A DNA stretch of 63,842 nucleotides, the filler included. It is 4 parts of 4 records of this genome, joined end to end, with 100 filler letters (N's around TTAATTAATTAA, not from the genome) between each part and the next. Parts side by side here need not be neighbours in the genome. Positions count along the whole stretch, not along the records: positions 1 to 29,623 come from DRR723986_7774; 3 more parts are not named here. One strand, written 5' to 3'. The notes beneath the pieces are model-generated. The model worked only from the letters and a program-made list of their open reading frames with translations, searched no databases and had not been told where the DNA came from. Below, in pieces: positions 19,473 through 28,564 of the stretch. Within the stretch, counting starts at the first letter, position 1; the number at the start of each line of letters is the position of its first letter. The translations under genes and the position numbers were made by a program.

Positions 19473-20250
19473 GCGGATAAACTTTTAAGCCCCAATTTTC
19501 ATATCCTTGCCCGACGTTTTTTCGACCTCCAGAGCAATAAAACTTCTCCTTCAAGATTTCAAAAGCACTGTTTGGTTGATCGGGGCGCAGAATGTTAAGG
19601 CCAATCGGCCTAGCGACGAGGTCAGCCAGTTGCAGGCCAGGGGAATCCACCTTTTTATCCGCAAAAATAATCTCAAAAGGGAAGTTGATTCCAACGCGAT
19701 TTGCTCCATCGGTCATCCGACGAAACTCAAGCTCTAACTCGTCGTCTTCTTTTTTACCTCGACATTCAAAGACTACGTGGGTGAGTTGCTTGTGCTGACT
19801 CTTCTCCTGCAGGAACTCATAGAGTGTTTCCAAACAAAAGCCTAGTGCTAAATGATAGGGGTTCTCGTTTTGGTCAGGCGAGCCTTTGAGTTTTGATTTG
19901 TCGATGACACAACTAGCCAGAATAAAGTTGTGGGTTTTGATTAGTTGACTCAGTTCGTCCAGGAATTTGGTTTTTTGCAGCTTGCTTTTGAAGGTGAATG
20001 CGCCTTTTTCTTTTCTGATGTCGTGTTCATGTAGTACAACCAAGTCATGACCGAAGTGCTGGAACTTGAATTGGTGCAGTGCGGAAACAACGCGATTGGC
20101 GTAATGCCTTTTGTGAAATATGCAAAAGGCAAGGACGAAAATTGGATAGTTTGGATCCAAGTTTTGCATGCCATGGTCACCACTTTCGTCGACATAGACG
20201 ATGTAGTCACTGAATAAGCTGGGTGTGGTTTGGTCGGTTTTGCTGCTCAT
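19447..20250 (-). CDS. DUF3800 domain protein (RNase H-like fold predicted)
   Basis: N-terminal YIVYVDESGD, central LHEHDIRK, C-terminal GLQLADLVARPIG. Confidence 0.85.
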   Translation of the reverse strand: MSSKTDQTTPSLFSDYIVYVDESGDHGMQNLDPNYPIFVLAFCIFHKRHYANRVVSALHQFKFQHFGHDLVVLHEHDIRKEKGAFTFKSKLQKTKFLDELSQLIKTHNFILASCVIDKSKLKGSPDQNENPYHLALGFCLETLYEFLQEKSQHKQLTHVVFECRGKKEDDELELEFRRMTDGANRVGINFPFEIIFADKKVDSPGLQLADLVARPIGLNILRPDQPNSAFEILKEKFYCSGGRKNVGQGYENWGLKVYPPQKSEKPR

Positions 20251-20495
20251 TGTGGTCTCGCAGTGACTTTGAAAAGTCTGTGACGAACAAAATTCAGTCG
20301 CCTACGGATGTGCCGCAAAGTGGGCCGAGACTCCAAAAACCACAAAAATAGCGAAATAGTACCGAGACGTTAAATGGTGTTATCTCACAGTTTGTGTGTG
20401 AAAGCAACAAAGTATAGAAATGCACATCGTCTTGAAAAGCGCGAATTAACGTCGTTTAGAGTGAATGTAAGTTGTATGAGATACATCTTTTCCCC

Positions 20496-20531
20496 TTGGC
20501 CTCCGAAGTTCGATCCCCGCCAGCCGCGCCA
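20496..20531 (+). mobile_element. att-site scar: internally deleted 3' fragment of tRNA-Arg(CCG)
   Basis: TTGGC-CTCCGAA-G (anticodon stem and loop, CCG) fused directly to TTCGATC-CCCGC-CAGCCGC-G-CCA (T loop, T stem, acceptor strand, CCA); no D arm or 5' half. Confidence 0.72.
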
Positions 20532-20546
20532 CTTATCAAGAAGCCA

Positions 20547-21419
20547 ATGCAGCCACGTCCTCCCACCGTTCCACTGGCACCCAACGCGATTCAAAAAGGC
20601 ACACCGCTGAAGGTCTTGATGAACCAGGAGTCAATCGAGTGCCTGGCCCAGAACATTCTGTATGTGCACAAGGCATTTCCCGCTGAAGCGTTTTGCCAGC
20701 ACGCACTGACCAATCTTGAACCCTTGGAGCTGATGCAGCGTGCGCAACACATTGCAAAATCGTTGCGGGAGTTTTTGCCCGACAATTACCAGCAAGCTGT
20801 GTCTATTCTGATCGATTCCTTCACGCCGGCAGAAACCGAAGTGGGGTCTTTGGGGCTGGCTGGGTTTTTCTACATGCCGCACAGTTTTTTCATTGCCGAT
20901 TTCGGTTTGGACCCAAGTTACAACGACGGCGACGATCCCTTCGATATCTCCATGCAAGCCTTGCGTGAACTCACCATGCGGTTTACGGCAGAGTTTGCCA
21001 TTCGACCTTTTCTCATCCACCAACAAGCACGCACCCTGATGCAGGTTAGCAAGTGGCTGAGTGACCCCAACCCGCATGTGAGGCGACTGTGCAGCGAGGG
21101 CACACGCCCCAAGCTGCCTTGGGGAAAGCGGATTCAGTCATTTGTAGCAAACCCGCAGCCCACATTACCCATACTCGAATACCTGAAAAACGACGAGTCG
21201 TTGTATGTGCGCCGCAGTGTGGCCAACCATCTTGGAGATATTGCCAAAGACCACCCCGAAATTGCATTTTCAACCTGTGAGCGTTGGTTGAATGAAGGTG
21301 CGTCCAATCAATTGAAGTGGGTGGTGCGCCATGCGGTGCGTTACCATGCGAAGAAGGGCGATGCCCGGGCTTTGGAAATCAGGAGCAGGGCGAAACTTAA
21401 TCAGTCACCAACTCAATAA
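20547..21419 (+). CDS. DNA alkylation repair protein (AlkD-like HEAT repeat)
   Basis: FTAEFAIRPFL, HVRRLCSEGTRPKLPW, SLYVRRSVANHLGDIAKDHP. Start moved to ATG 20547, downstream of the tRNA scar. Confidence 0.85.
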   Translation: MQPRPPTVPLAPNAIQKGTPLKVLMNQESIECLAQNILYVHKAFPAEAFCQHALTNLEPLELMQRAQHIAKSLREFLPDNYQQAVSILIDSFTPAETEVGSLGLAGFFYMPHSFFIADFGLDPSYNDGDDPFDISMQALRELTMRFTAEFAIRPFLIHQQARTLMQVSKWLSDPNPHVRRLCSEGTRPKLPWGKRIQSFVANPQPTLPILEYLKNDESLYVRRSVANHLGDIAKDHPEIAFSTCERWLNEGASNQLKWVVRHAVRYHAKKGDARALEIRSRAKLNQSPTQ

Positions 21420-21424
21420 ATTGT

Positions 21425-22054
21425 ATGTACATCGAAGGTACCATTAAAACCTGGAATGATGATCGTGGATTCGGCTTCATTCAGTCCCACGAGAATCAGG
21501 TCGAGGTGTTTGTTCACGCGACGGCATTCAAAAATCGCCACACTCGTCCCCAAGTTAATCAACGTGTTTACTTCAATATTGAGCCAGGGCCAGAGGGAAA
21601 GCCCAGAGCGATCAACGTACATTTCTCACGTCCCGTTTCCAGGCAAAAAATCGCCAGCGCGGAGGTCCCCGCGCAGTGGGGAACATGGTCCTTTTTGGCG
21701 ATCCCCGCCTTCGTTTTCTTGTTTGGGGTGGTGAGCCTGGTTTGGAATCCGCCGCTGCTGTTGGCTTTGTTCTATGTGGTGATTAGCGTTTTGACTTACT
21801 TCACCTATGCCATGGATAAATCAGCAGCCAAAAAAGGCGGATGGCGCACTTCTGAAAGCACATTACACTGGCTTTCCCTGCTGGGTGGTTGGCCTGGTGC
21901 TCTTGTCGGTCAGCACATGCTCAGGCACAAATCAAACAAGGCTCCGTTTCGATTGATTTTCTGGTTAACGGTTTTTGTGAATGTATCTTTGTTCTTGCTA
22001 GTGGCTTCTCCCAAAGGTCAGGCATATTTGGAAATGTTCAGTTTGCAGTTTTAA
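21425..22054 (+). CDS. Cold-shock domain + DUF1294 membrane protein
   Basis: GTIKTWNDDRGFGFI...VFVH (cold-shock domain); YAMDKSAA...WRTSESTLH...GGWPGA...LRHKS (DUF1294). Confidence 0.88.
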   Translation: MYIEGTIKTWNDDRGFGFIQSHENQVEVFVHATAFKNRHTRPQVNQRVYFNIEPGPEGKPRAINVHFSRPVSRQKIASAEVPAQWGTWSFLAIPAFVFLFGVVSLVWNPPLLLALFYVVISVLTYFTYAMDKSAAKKGGWRTSESTLHWLSLLGGWPGALVGQHMLRHKSNKAPFRLIFWLTVFVNVSLFLLVASPKGQAYLEMFSLQF

Positions 22055-22221
22055 ATCCAGATGTAAAAATCTACCGGGGCATGTTGGCCCACAACTGGAA
22101 GCCGGTCCAATTCCGGTAATTGGTCCAGACCTCCCCAAACAAAAAGAGTTGTTGTACACCTGTCGATTTCGCCGTACCCCATTCGACTATTGAGGTTGGC
22201 ACAATTTTCAAGGAGATGACG

Positions 22222-22680
22222 ATGTCGAACAACACAGGCACAGTAAAGTTGCACAGGGTATTGCGCGCGCCAGCAGAACGGGTTTACAAGGCGTTCACCG
22301 ATCAAAGTGCGTTGGAGTACTGGAGCCCACCTTATGGTTTTACGGGCACCATTCATGAAATCGATGTTCGCGAGGGTGGTGGCTACCGCATGTCATTTAC
22401 CAACTTCAGCACCGGCAGCAGCCACACTTTTGCAGTGAAGTATCTTGAATTGGTGCCCAATCAGCGAATCAGAAGCACAGATCGTTTTGACGACGACAAT
22501 CTGCCAGGGGAAATGGTTGTCACCGTTGACTTGAAAACAGTGTCATGCGGAACGGAGCTACGCATTGTGCAGGAAGGAATCCCCTCAGTCATCCCCGTAG
22601 AGATGTGCTATTTGGGTTGGCAAGAATCGCTTGAGCAACTGGCAAAGCTGGTTGAGCCTGACATTCCAGACCACGGTTAA
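22222..22680 (+). CDS. SRPBCC/AHSA1-family protein
   Basis: LHRVLRAPAERVYKAF...GGGYRMSF...CYLGWQESLEQL; AGGAG RBS. Confidence 0.85.
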   Translation: MSNNTGTVKLHRVLRAPAERVYKAFTDQSALEYWSPPYGFTGTIHEIDVREGGGYRMSFTNFSTGSSHTFAVKYLELVPNQRIRSTDRFDDDNLPGEMVVTVDLKTVSCGTELRIVQEGIPSVIPVEMCYLGWQESLEQLAKLVEPDIPDHG

Positions 22681-22759
22681 GGAAAGTTGTCGTTAAGTGC
22701 TTGACCGGCGTGGGGCATGCTGGGATATTGATGTTTCAAACTGATATCCCGCTCCCCAC

Positions 22760-23095
22760 ATGCACAATCACTACTCATTCATCGGCGGCCACGAGGGCCA
22801 GTGGCAGGTTACCCGCTGCGCTGCGATTGTGGGCGCACCTGTTGAGGCCGTAGAAAGGCTGAACGTGGTGAACACCTCGGCGAGCCAGTTAGGCCAGCGC
22901 GGTACTTGGGTGCTTCAGGGTTTCACCAGCAATGTGCGTTATGCCGAGCGCCATGAAATTGCCCAACTGCGCGCCAGGCAAGATCTGCTGTTTGAGAAAA
23001 TCATCAACTCCATCCATGCGCATGCGCCGAGTGCGAAAATCTGCTTCAATACCAATCCCGGTGACACCGCCGAAGCGGTGAATCGCTGGATCTGA
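22760..23095 (+). pseudogene. Chimeric remnant: N-terminus of a short chlorite dismutase-like protein joined to an unrelated C-terminus
   Basis: FIGG..GQW....WVLQGFTSNVRYAERHE resembles the N-terminus of dimeric Cld; the heme-binding half is missing. Confidence 0.55.
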
Positions 23096-23096
23096 T

Positions 23097-23834
23097 TCAA
23101 GCCGGCGACGCTGTGGGGCGCACGACAATCTCACTGGTGTCCACATCGCTAGGCTGATTGATGACATGTGCGATTGCCCTTGCAATTGCCTCGGGCTTCA
23201 ATGCGATTTTCCGAAAGCTTTTCATCGCAGTGGCCGCAGTGGGGTCGCTGATCGTGTTGGCCAATTCAGATTCCACCACACCCGGATAAACACAAGTGAC
23301 ACGCAGGTTGTCGTTCTCCTGCCGCAAGCCATCAGAAATCGCTCGGACCGCGTATTTCGTAGCGCAATACACCGCACCGGTTGGAACCACATAAAGTCCA
23401 CCAATTGAAGAAATATTGATGATCTGACCACTCTTCTGTTCATTCATGACCGGCAAGACAGCTGCAATTCCATTCAGCACGCCCTTGATGTTGACATCGA
23501 TCATCTGATTCCATTCGTCAATTTTTAAGGCATTCAGGTGAGAAAGAGGCATGATTCCGGCGTTGTTGACAATGACATCTACACCGCCATAGGTTTGGAT
23601 TGCCAATTCAACAAGTTTGTGAAGGTCGGTCAGTTTGGTCACATCGACTTGTTGATACACCACCTGACCGCCGTTCCAGTTCAAGTTGTCTGCAATCGAT
23701 TGAAGTCGGTCTGTGCGTCGCGCGCCCATGACTATTCGATGACCTTGCTCGCTCAGCAACCTTGCTGTGGCTTCACCAATTCCGCTGCTTGCACCCGTGA
23801 TTAAAACTGTCTTCGTTGCCAATGATTGTTGCAT
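23097..23834 (-). CDS. SDR-family oxidoreductase
   Basis: ITGASSGIG, NNAG, YCATK. Confidence 0.92.
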   Translation of the reverse strand: MQQSLATKTVLITGASSGIGEATARLLSEQGHRIVMGARRTDRLQSIADNLNWNGGQVVYQQVDVTKLTDLHKLVELAIQTYGGVDVIVNNAGIMPLSHLNALKIDEWNQMIDVNIKGVLNGIAAVLPVMNEQKSGQIINISSIGGLYVVPTGAVYCATKYAVRAISDGLRQENDNLRVTCVYPGVVESELANTISDPTAATAMKSFRKIALKPEAIARAIAHVINQPSDVDTSEIVVRPTASPA

Positions 23835-24007
23835 CACAAAATCTCCTCGATCACATTCAAAGATGAGCCTCAATATTGGGCACCGCATCAGGTTTCGGAA
23901 ATACAGATTCCTCTTGGGATATTGCCTATAAATATGTTTTTGAAATTCCTGCGGACTGCGAGTGATATCTTTGACAGGACATTGGCAAGTTGGCGAAGGT
24001 GGTTAAT

Positions 24008-24916
24008 ATGACTGACACATTTTCTCGGTCACGGCAGACTCGGATGGTTGCCATGATTCTGCGCATGGCGACCGCTGAGGGATATTCCGAATCCGCGCTG
24101 GATGGGGTGACCTTCATGCGTTGCAACGGCGCATTGGCCAGAATGCCGGCCCTCTACGAGCCAAGTATTGTGATTGTCGTCCAAGGCACAAAACGTGGAT
24201 TTCATGACGGAAAAATTTACACCTACGATGCCAACCACTATTTGGTGGTGTCAGTCCCCCTTCCCTTTGAAGTTGAAACCCAAGCCACCGCTGAAGAGCC
24301 ACTTCTGGGTTTGATCATTCGAGTGGATTTTGCATTGGCGGCAGAACTCATGCTAAACCTGAAAGAGTCTGTTTTAGACCAAGGTGAAGAGCTCCCGCCG
24401 TTGTTCGCTTCCCGCGTGGATGCCAAGCTTGATGATGCTGTCTTCAGGTTACTTGAAATACTGGAGTCCCCGAATGATTCAACGATTCTGGGTCCTTCGA
24501 TCATCAAGGAAATCACCTACCGGGTTTTAACGGGCGAGCAAGGCCGAAGTTTGCGTCTTGCTTTCTCCTCTGACCATTATTTGTCGAGGGTGGCAAAAGT
24601 ATTGAAACTGATTCATTCAAATTACCATCGTGCACTCGATGTGGCTACCTTGGCCAAAGAGGCCAATATGAGCGTTCCGACATTTCACGTGCATTTCAAG
24701 TCGGTCACCTCCAGTACACCAATTCAGTACATCAAGGCGATCCGGCTTCATAAGGCTCGGCTATTGATGATCAGGAAAGGTGTGAATGCATCCCAGGTGT
24801 CGGCCATGGTGGGCTACGAGAGCCCGTCACAATTCAGTCGGGAATTCAAGCGGTACTTTGGGCGTACACCTGTGCAGGAAACTCAGCATGGTCAGTCAAT
24901 TTTGAGTATGTCGTAA
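24008..24916 (+). CDS. AraC-family regulator (AraC_N type), divergent from the SDR
   Basis: LYEPSIVIVVQGTK...LAKEANMSVPTFH...VGYESPSQFSREFKRYFG. Confidence 0.9.
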   Translation: MTDTFSRSRQTRMVAMILRMATAEGYSESALDGVTFMRCNGALARMPALYEPSIVIVVQGTKRGFHDGKIYTYDANHYLVVSVPLPFEVETQATAEEPLLGLIIRVDFALAAELMLNLKESVLDQGEELPPLFASRVDAKLDDAVFRLLEILESPNDSTILGPSIIKEITYRVLTGEQGRSLRLAFSSDHYLSRVAKVLKLIHSNYHRALDVATLAKEANMSVPTFHVHFKSVTSSTPIQYIKAIRLHKARLLMIRKGVNASQVSAMVGYESPSQFSREFKRYFGRTPVQETQHGQSILSMS

Positions 24917-24986
24917 CTTCCTGGTTTTTCGTAAATGCACTGAATAATGTGCCAAACTTTCCAATCATTTAATCCTGGGGTTCGCG

Positions 24987-25532
24987 ATGAAATTGGTGCT
25001 TTCTTTTTTGATTTCGATCAGTGCTGTATTCCCTGCCTTTGCTGCTGAAACTGCGCCACCTCTGCAAACCATTCAATCGCTGGATGTTCCCCGTTACATG
25101 GGCACCTGGTTTGAAATTGCGAAGTATCCAAACCGTTTTCAGAAACAATGTGTGCGCAACACCAGTGCTGAGTATTCATTGCAAAAAGACGGCACTGTGA
25201 AAGTATTGAACCGTTGCCAACTGGCCAGCGGCGACATGGATGAAGCCGAGGGCCAAGCTCGTCAAATTGGCGGTTTAAAGTCGCCCAAGCTGGAAGTGCG
25301 TTTTGCACCTGCGTGGTTAAGTTGGTTGCCGATGGTGTGGGGTAAATACTGGGTGATCGACCTGGATCCGGAATACCAGTTGGTGGCTGTGAGCGAACCC
25401 AGCCGTGAATACCTGTGGGTATTGGCCCGCACGCAACAAGTGGACAAAGCAAAATACAATGCACTGCTGCAACGCCTGAAAGCCAAAGGTTTTGATTTGA
25501 ACAAGCTTGAACTGTCGCCGCAAGGCAGTTAA
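24987..25532 (+). CDS. Lipocalin (Blc-like)
   Basis: Signal peptide; LDVPRYMGTWFEIA, YWVIDLD, YLWVLAR. Confidence 0.88.
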   Translation: MKLVLSFLISISAVFPAFAAETAPPLQTIQSLDVPRYMGTWFEIAKYPNRFQKQCVRNTSAEYSLQKDGTVKVLNRCQLASGDMDEAEGQARQIGGLKSPKLEVRFAPAWLSWLPMVWGKYWVIDLDPEYQLVAVSEPSREYLWVLARTQQVDKAKYNALLQRLKAKGFDLNKLELSPQGS

Positions 25533-25535
25533 ACC

Positions 25536-25757
25536 ATGCGCCAGTTAAACCCGAAGAAATTGCTGCTCAGCAAGTGGACCGCCGCAAAGCCCGTGAACAA
25601 GGAAAAACATTTTCTGGTTCGAAGCGTGGTCAAGCCTGCCAGCGAAGAATTACCGGTTGAACACTTTGAACTGGAAGCTGTGCATTCAGGCCGAACGCAA
25701 ATTATTCACTGGCGGGATTTGCAGGACGAAGCGCAGTGGCTGCAGGGGTGGAAGTAG
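25536..25757 (+). CDS. Trp-rich small protein (TIGR02450-like)
   Basis: NPKKLLLSKWTA..P.NKEKHFLV...WLQGW. Confidence 0.82.
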   Translation: MRQLNPKKLLLSKWTAAKPVNKEKHFLVRSVVKPASEELPVEHFELEAVHSGRTQIIHWRDLQDEAQWLQGWK

Positions 25758-25854
25758 CCACGTTGAACCATCGATTGGTACTTATAACAAGCAAATCAAT
25801 CGTGGCCCTACCGACAGAAAACCCAATTGCTTTCGCGCTGCTGCGTTACAATGC

Positions 25855-26086
25855 GCCTGTTGGTGCTCTTGGAACAGTCCATGTTCTGAAGTTAAACGGG
25901 AAGCCCTTTGGCGCTGCCCCCGCAACGGTACGCAGACAAGTCTTGTGCTTGGCTTTCATCAAAAACCATTGGGTGTTTTAAACGCCTGAGAAGGTGATGA
26001 GGGTTCGTCTGCCAGCCCGGATACCGGCCAACAGCGGGGTGTGCAATTTGCACACTGTGTCCCATGCACTGTCGGGGAAGGCGGTG
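25855..26086 (+). ncRNA. Cobalamin riboswitch
   Basis: P1 CTGTTGG/CCAACAG; AAACGGGAA, GCTGCCCCCGCAACGGTA, GAGAAGG and AGCCCGGATACCGGCC boxes; hairpin 26067-26086 with a GGGGAA loop able to kiss CCCCC; directly upstream of btuB. Confidence 0.9.
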
Positions 26087-26111
26087 AGGGTACTCGTCAA
26101 TCAAACTTACA

Positions 26112-27971
26112 ATGAACTCAATTCGCTTGGGAAAGCTATGGCTTGCCACGCCGGTCGCCATTGCTGCGGCCGCTCCTGTATTTGCACAAACCAATCCAAC
26201 TTTCGAATCCGTGGTGGTCACCGCCACCCGCACCGAACAGCCTGTCACGGATGTGTTGGCCGATGTCACGGTGATTGATCGCGACACGCTAAGCCGCGCC
26301 GGGCAAACGTCGCTGCGCGAATTGCTGGCCCAACAGCCGGGCGTGCAAATGTCTTCCAACGGCAGTTACCGCTCTAACACGGGGATTCTTTTAAGAGGAG
26401 CATCGGCCACACAAATCATTTTGCTGGTGGATGGCGTGCGTGTGGGTTCTGCAACCAATGGTAGCCTTTCGCTGGAAACCATTCCGCTTGAATCCATCGA
26501 GCGCATCGAGATTTTGCGTGGTGCTGCTTCAGCCTTGTATGGCCCAGATGCAGTGGGCGGTGTGATTCAAATCATCACGCGGCAAGCGGGTGTTCCCCGG
26601 CGTTCTGTCAGTGTGGGTGTGGGCACCGATGGCCAGCGCCTGGGAGCCGCTCATTTCGGTGGTAAAAGCGGTATTTTTGGCTACAACCTTGGCTTCTCGC
26701 ATGAGCGAGGCAGCGGCATTGATGCCAAGACGCCCGCGGCAACCGGCTTGAATCCGGATGAAGATCGTTTTGAAACCAGCAGCCTGAATTTCAGTTTGGT
26801 GGCCGACGTACATACGGATCATCAGTTGAAGTTTCAATCGCTGTACAGCAAAGGCCGGTATGGTTTTGACGGAACGCCATCGCCCAACCCGCTGGGTTTG
26901 AATTCCATGAATAGCGAGGCAATAGCCAATCCAGAAGTGAACCAGTCCAGCCTGCAATGGGTGGCAAAGTGGGCTCCTCGTTGGAAGTCCACCATATTGG
27001 TTGCGCAGTCCGATGACAAGTCGGTCACTGAATATCGCCGCCTGTCCGATGGCGCAGACGCAGGTGTCGCACGGTTCAACACCAAGCGCGACCAGTACAG
27101 TTGGCAAAACGACATTGGCTTTGGCAGCGATGTGCTTACCCTGTTGGCCGAGCAACGCAGCGAAGAAGTGGACAGCACCACGAACTACCCCGTGAAGGCC
27201 CGTACCATTGATGGGTTCATGGCATCGTACGCATTGAACCGCGACCAGTGGGACGCGCTTGGGGTGCTGCGAAGCGACGACAATTCCCAGTTCGGGCGTT
27301 TCAATAACTATGCCTTTTCAGCTGGCTACAAACTGAATTCACAATGGCGTGTGGTGGGCAGTGCGGGCAGCAGTTTTCAGGCGCCTACCTTCAACCAGCT
27401 GTACTTTCCGGGTTTTGGTAACCCCGAATTACAACCTCAGCGCAGTCGTGCCAAAGAGGTGGGCCTGAAGTATGCTGCGCCAACAATTGTTGCAAGCGCG
27501 GTGGTTTATCACAACAGCGTACAAGGCTTCATCACCCCTTCTACCAATGTGCAATCGGCCCGCGCAACATTGCGTGGTGCCACATTCGCGGTAGATCGCC
27601 AGTTTGAAACACTGTTGGTCAAAGCTTCCTATGATTACACCGACCCCAGAACCGAACCCGATGACAAGCGCATTGTGCGAATTGCCCGCCACGTATTCAA
27701 TTTAAACTTGAGCCGTGAAACTGGCCCCTGGCGGTACTATGGAGAATTGAAACTGGCCAGTGACCGTGAAGACAGGGCGATTCGTTTCAGCGACCCCAAC
27801 ATTGAACTGGGTGGTTATGGTTTGCTTAACGCCGGTGTAAGCCGCAAGGTGAATCAGGAATTGTCCGTGTCGGCCCGTTTGAACAACATCACCGACAAAA
27901 CCTATTCACTGGCCAATGGCTTTACCACACCGGGCAGAAACCTGTTTGTGTCTGCCAACTGGTCTTTTTAA
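26112..27971 (+). CDS. btuB: TonB-dependent vitamin B12 receptor
   Basis: VVVTATR TonB box region, ERIEILRGAASALYG, terminal Phe; riboswitch upstream and cobU/btuF downstream. Confidence 0.88.
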   Translation: MNSIRLGKLWLATPVAIAAAAPVFAQTNPTFESVVVTATRTEQPVTDVLADVTVIDRDTLSRAGQTSLRELLAQQPGVQMSSNGSYRSNTGILLRGASATQIILLVDGVRVGSATNGSLSLETIPLESIERIEILRGAASALYGPDAVGGVIQIITRQAGVPRRSVSVGVGTDGQRLGAAHFGGKSGIFGYNLGFSHERGSGIDAKTPAATGLNPDEDRFETSSLNFSLVADVHTDHQLKFQSLYSKGRYGFDGTPSPNPLGLNSMNSEAIANPEVNQSSLQWVAKWAPRWKSTILVAQSDDKSVTEYRRLSDGADAGVARFNTKRDQYSWQNDIGFGSDVLTLLAEQRSEEVDSTTNYPVKARTIDGFMASYALNRDQWDALGVLRSDDNSQFGRFNNYAFSAGYKLNSQWRVVGSAGSSFQAPTFNQLYFPGFGNPELQPQRSRAKEVGLKYAAPTIVASAVVYHNSVQGFITPSTNVQSARATLRGATFAVDRQFETLLVKASYDYTDPRTEPDDKRIVRIARHVFNLNLSRETGPWRYYGELKLASDREDRAIRFSDPNIELGGYGLLNAGVSRKVNQELSVSARLNNITDKTYSLANGFTTPGRNLFVSANWSF

Positions 27972-27988
27972 AGGGTGAAACCTGATTG

Positions 27989-28564
27989 ATGCACATGCTT
28001 GCCCGTTCTGAACTGATATTGGGTGGCCAGCGCAGCGGTAAATCGCGCCGCGCTGAAAACCTGGCTATTCAATGGCTTGAGGCCGATCCACAACGGCAAG
28101 CTGTACTCGTGGCCACAGCCCATATTGGCGACGATGAAATGCAGCAACGCATTGAGCAGCACCAGCTTGACCGCGCAAAGCGCGTGCCCCGTTTGGTGGC
28201 GGTTGAGGAATGCCTGTACCTGCCTGCAGCCTTGAAATTGCACAGCACCAGCAACACCCTGCTGATCGTGGATTGTTTAACCCTGTGGTTGGTTAACTGG
28301 TTGATGCCACCACCCGGTGCGCCTGCACCTGCACAAGGGTTTCACCACACGGTCGAGCAACTGGTTCACACGCTGCACAACTTGCCAGGGCCGGTGGTGT
28401 TGGTGAGCAATGAAATTGGTTTGGGTGTTGTGCCCATGGGCAAGGAGGTGCGCCATTACGTGGATGAACTGGGGCGCTTGAACCAAACCATGGCCGATGC
28501 ATGTGAGCGGCTTACCTTGATGGTGGCCGGGCAGGCGCTGTATGTGAAAGGGGCACCCGCATGA
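27989..28564 (+). CDS. cobU: Adenosylcobinamide kinase / adenosylcobinamide-phosphate guanylyltransferase
   Basis: GGQRSGKS, IVDCLTLW, VSNEIGLGVVP, DELGRLNQ. Confidence 0.92.
   Translation: MHMLARSELILGGQRSGKSRRAENLAIQWLEADPQRQAVLVATAHIGDDEMQQRIEQHQLDRAKRVPRLVAVEECLYLPAALKLHSTSNTLLIVDCLTLWLVNWLMPPPGAPAPAQGFHHTVEQLVHTLHNLPGPVVLVSNEIGLGVVPMGKEVRHYVDELGRLNQTMADACERLTLMVAGQALYVKGAPA

Noticed and set aside
19301-19495. 64-aa ORF bridging DUF3800 and the recombinase
   Set aside because: It overlaps the DUF3800 end and the candidate RNA, has no clear RBS or motif, and is better explained as incidental. A leader peptide cannot be fully excluded.
20472-20546. An intact tRNA, or an N-terminal extension of the alkylation-repair ORF
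   Set aside because: The D arm and 5' acceptor strand are absent, so it cannot fold as a tRNA; the extension merely reads through the att scar.
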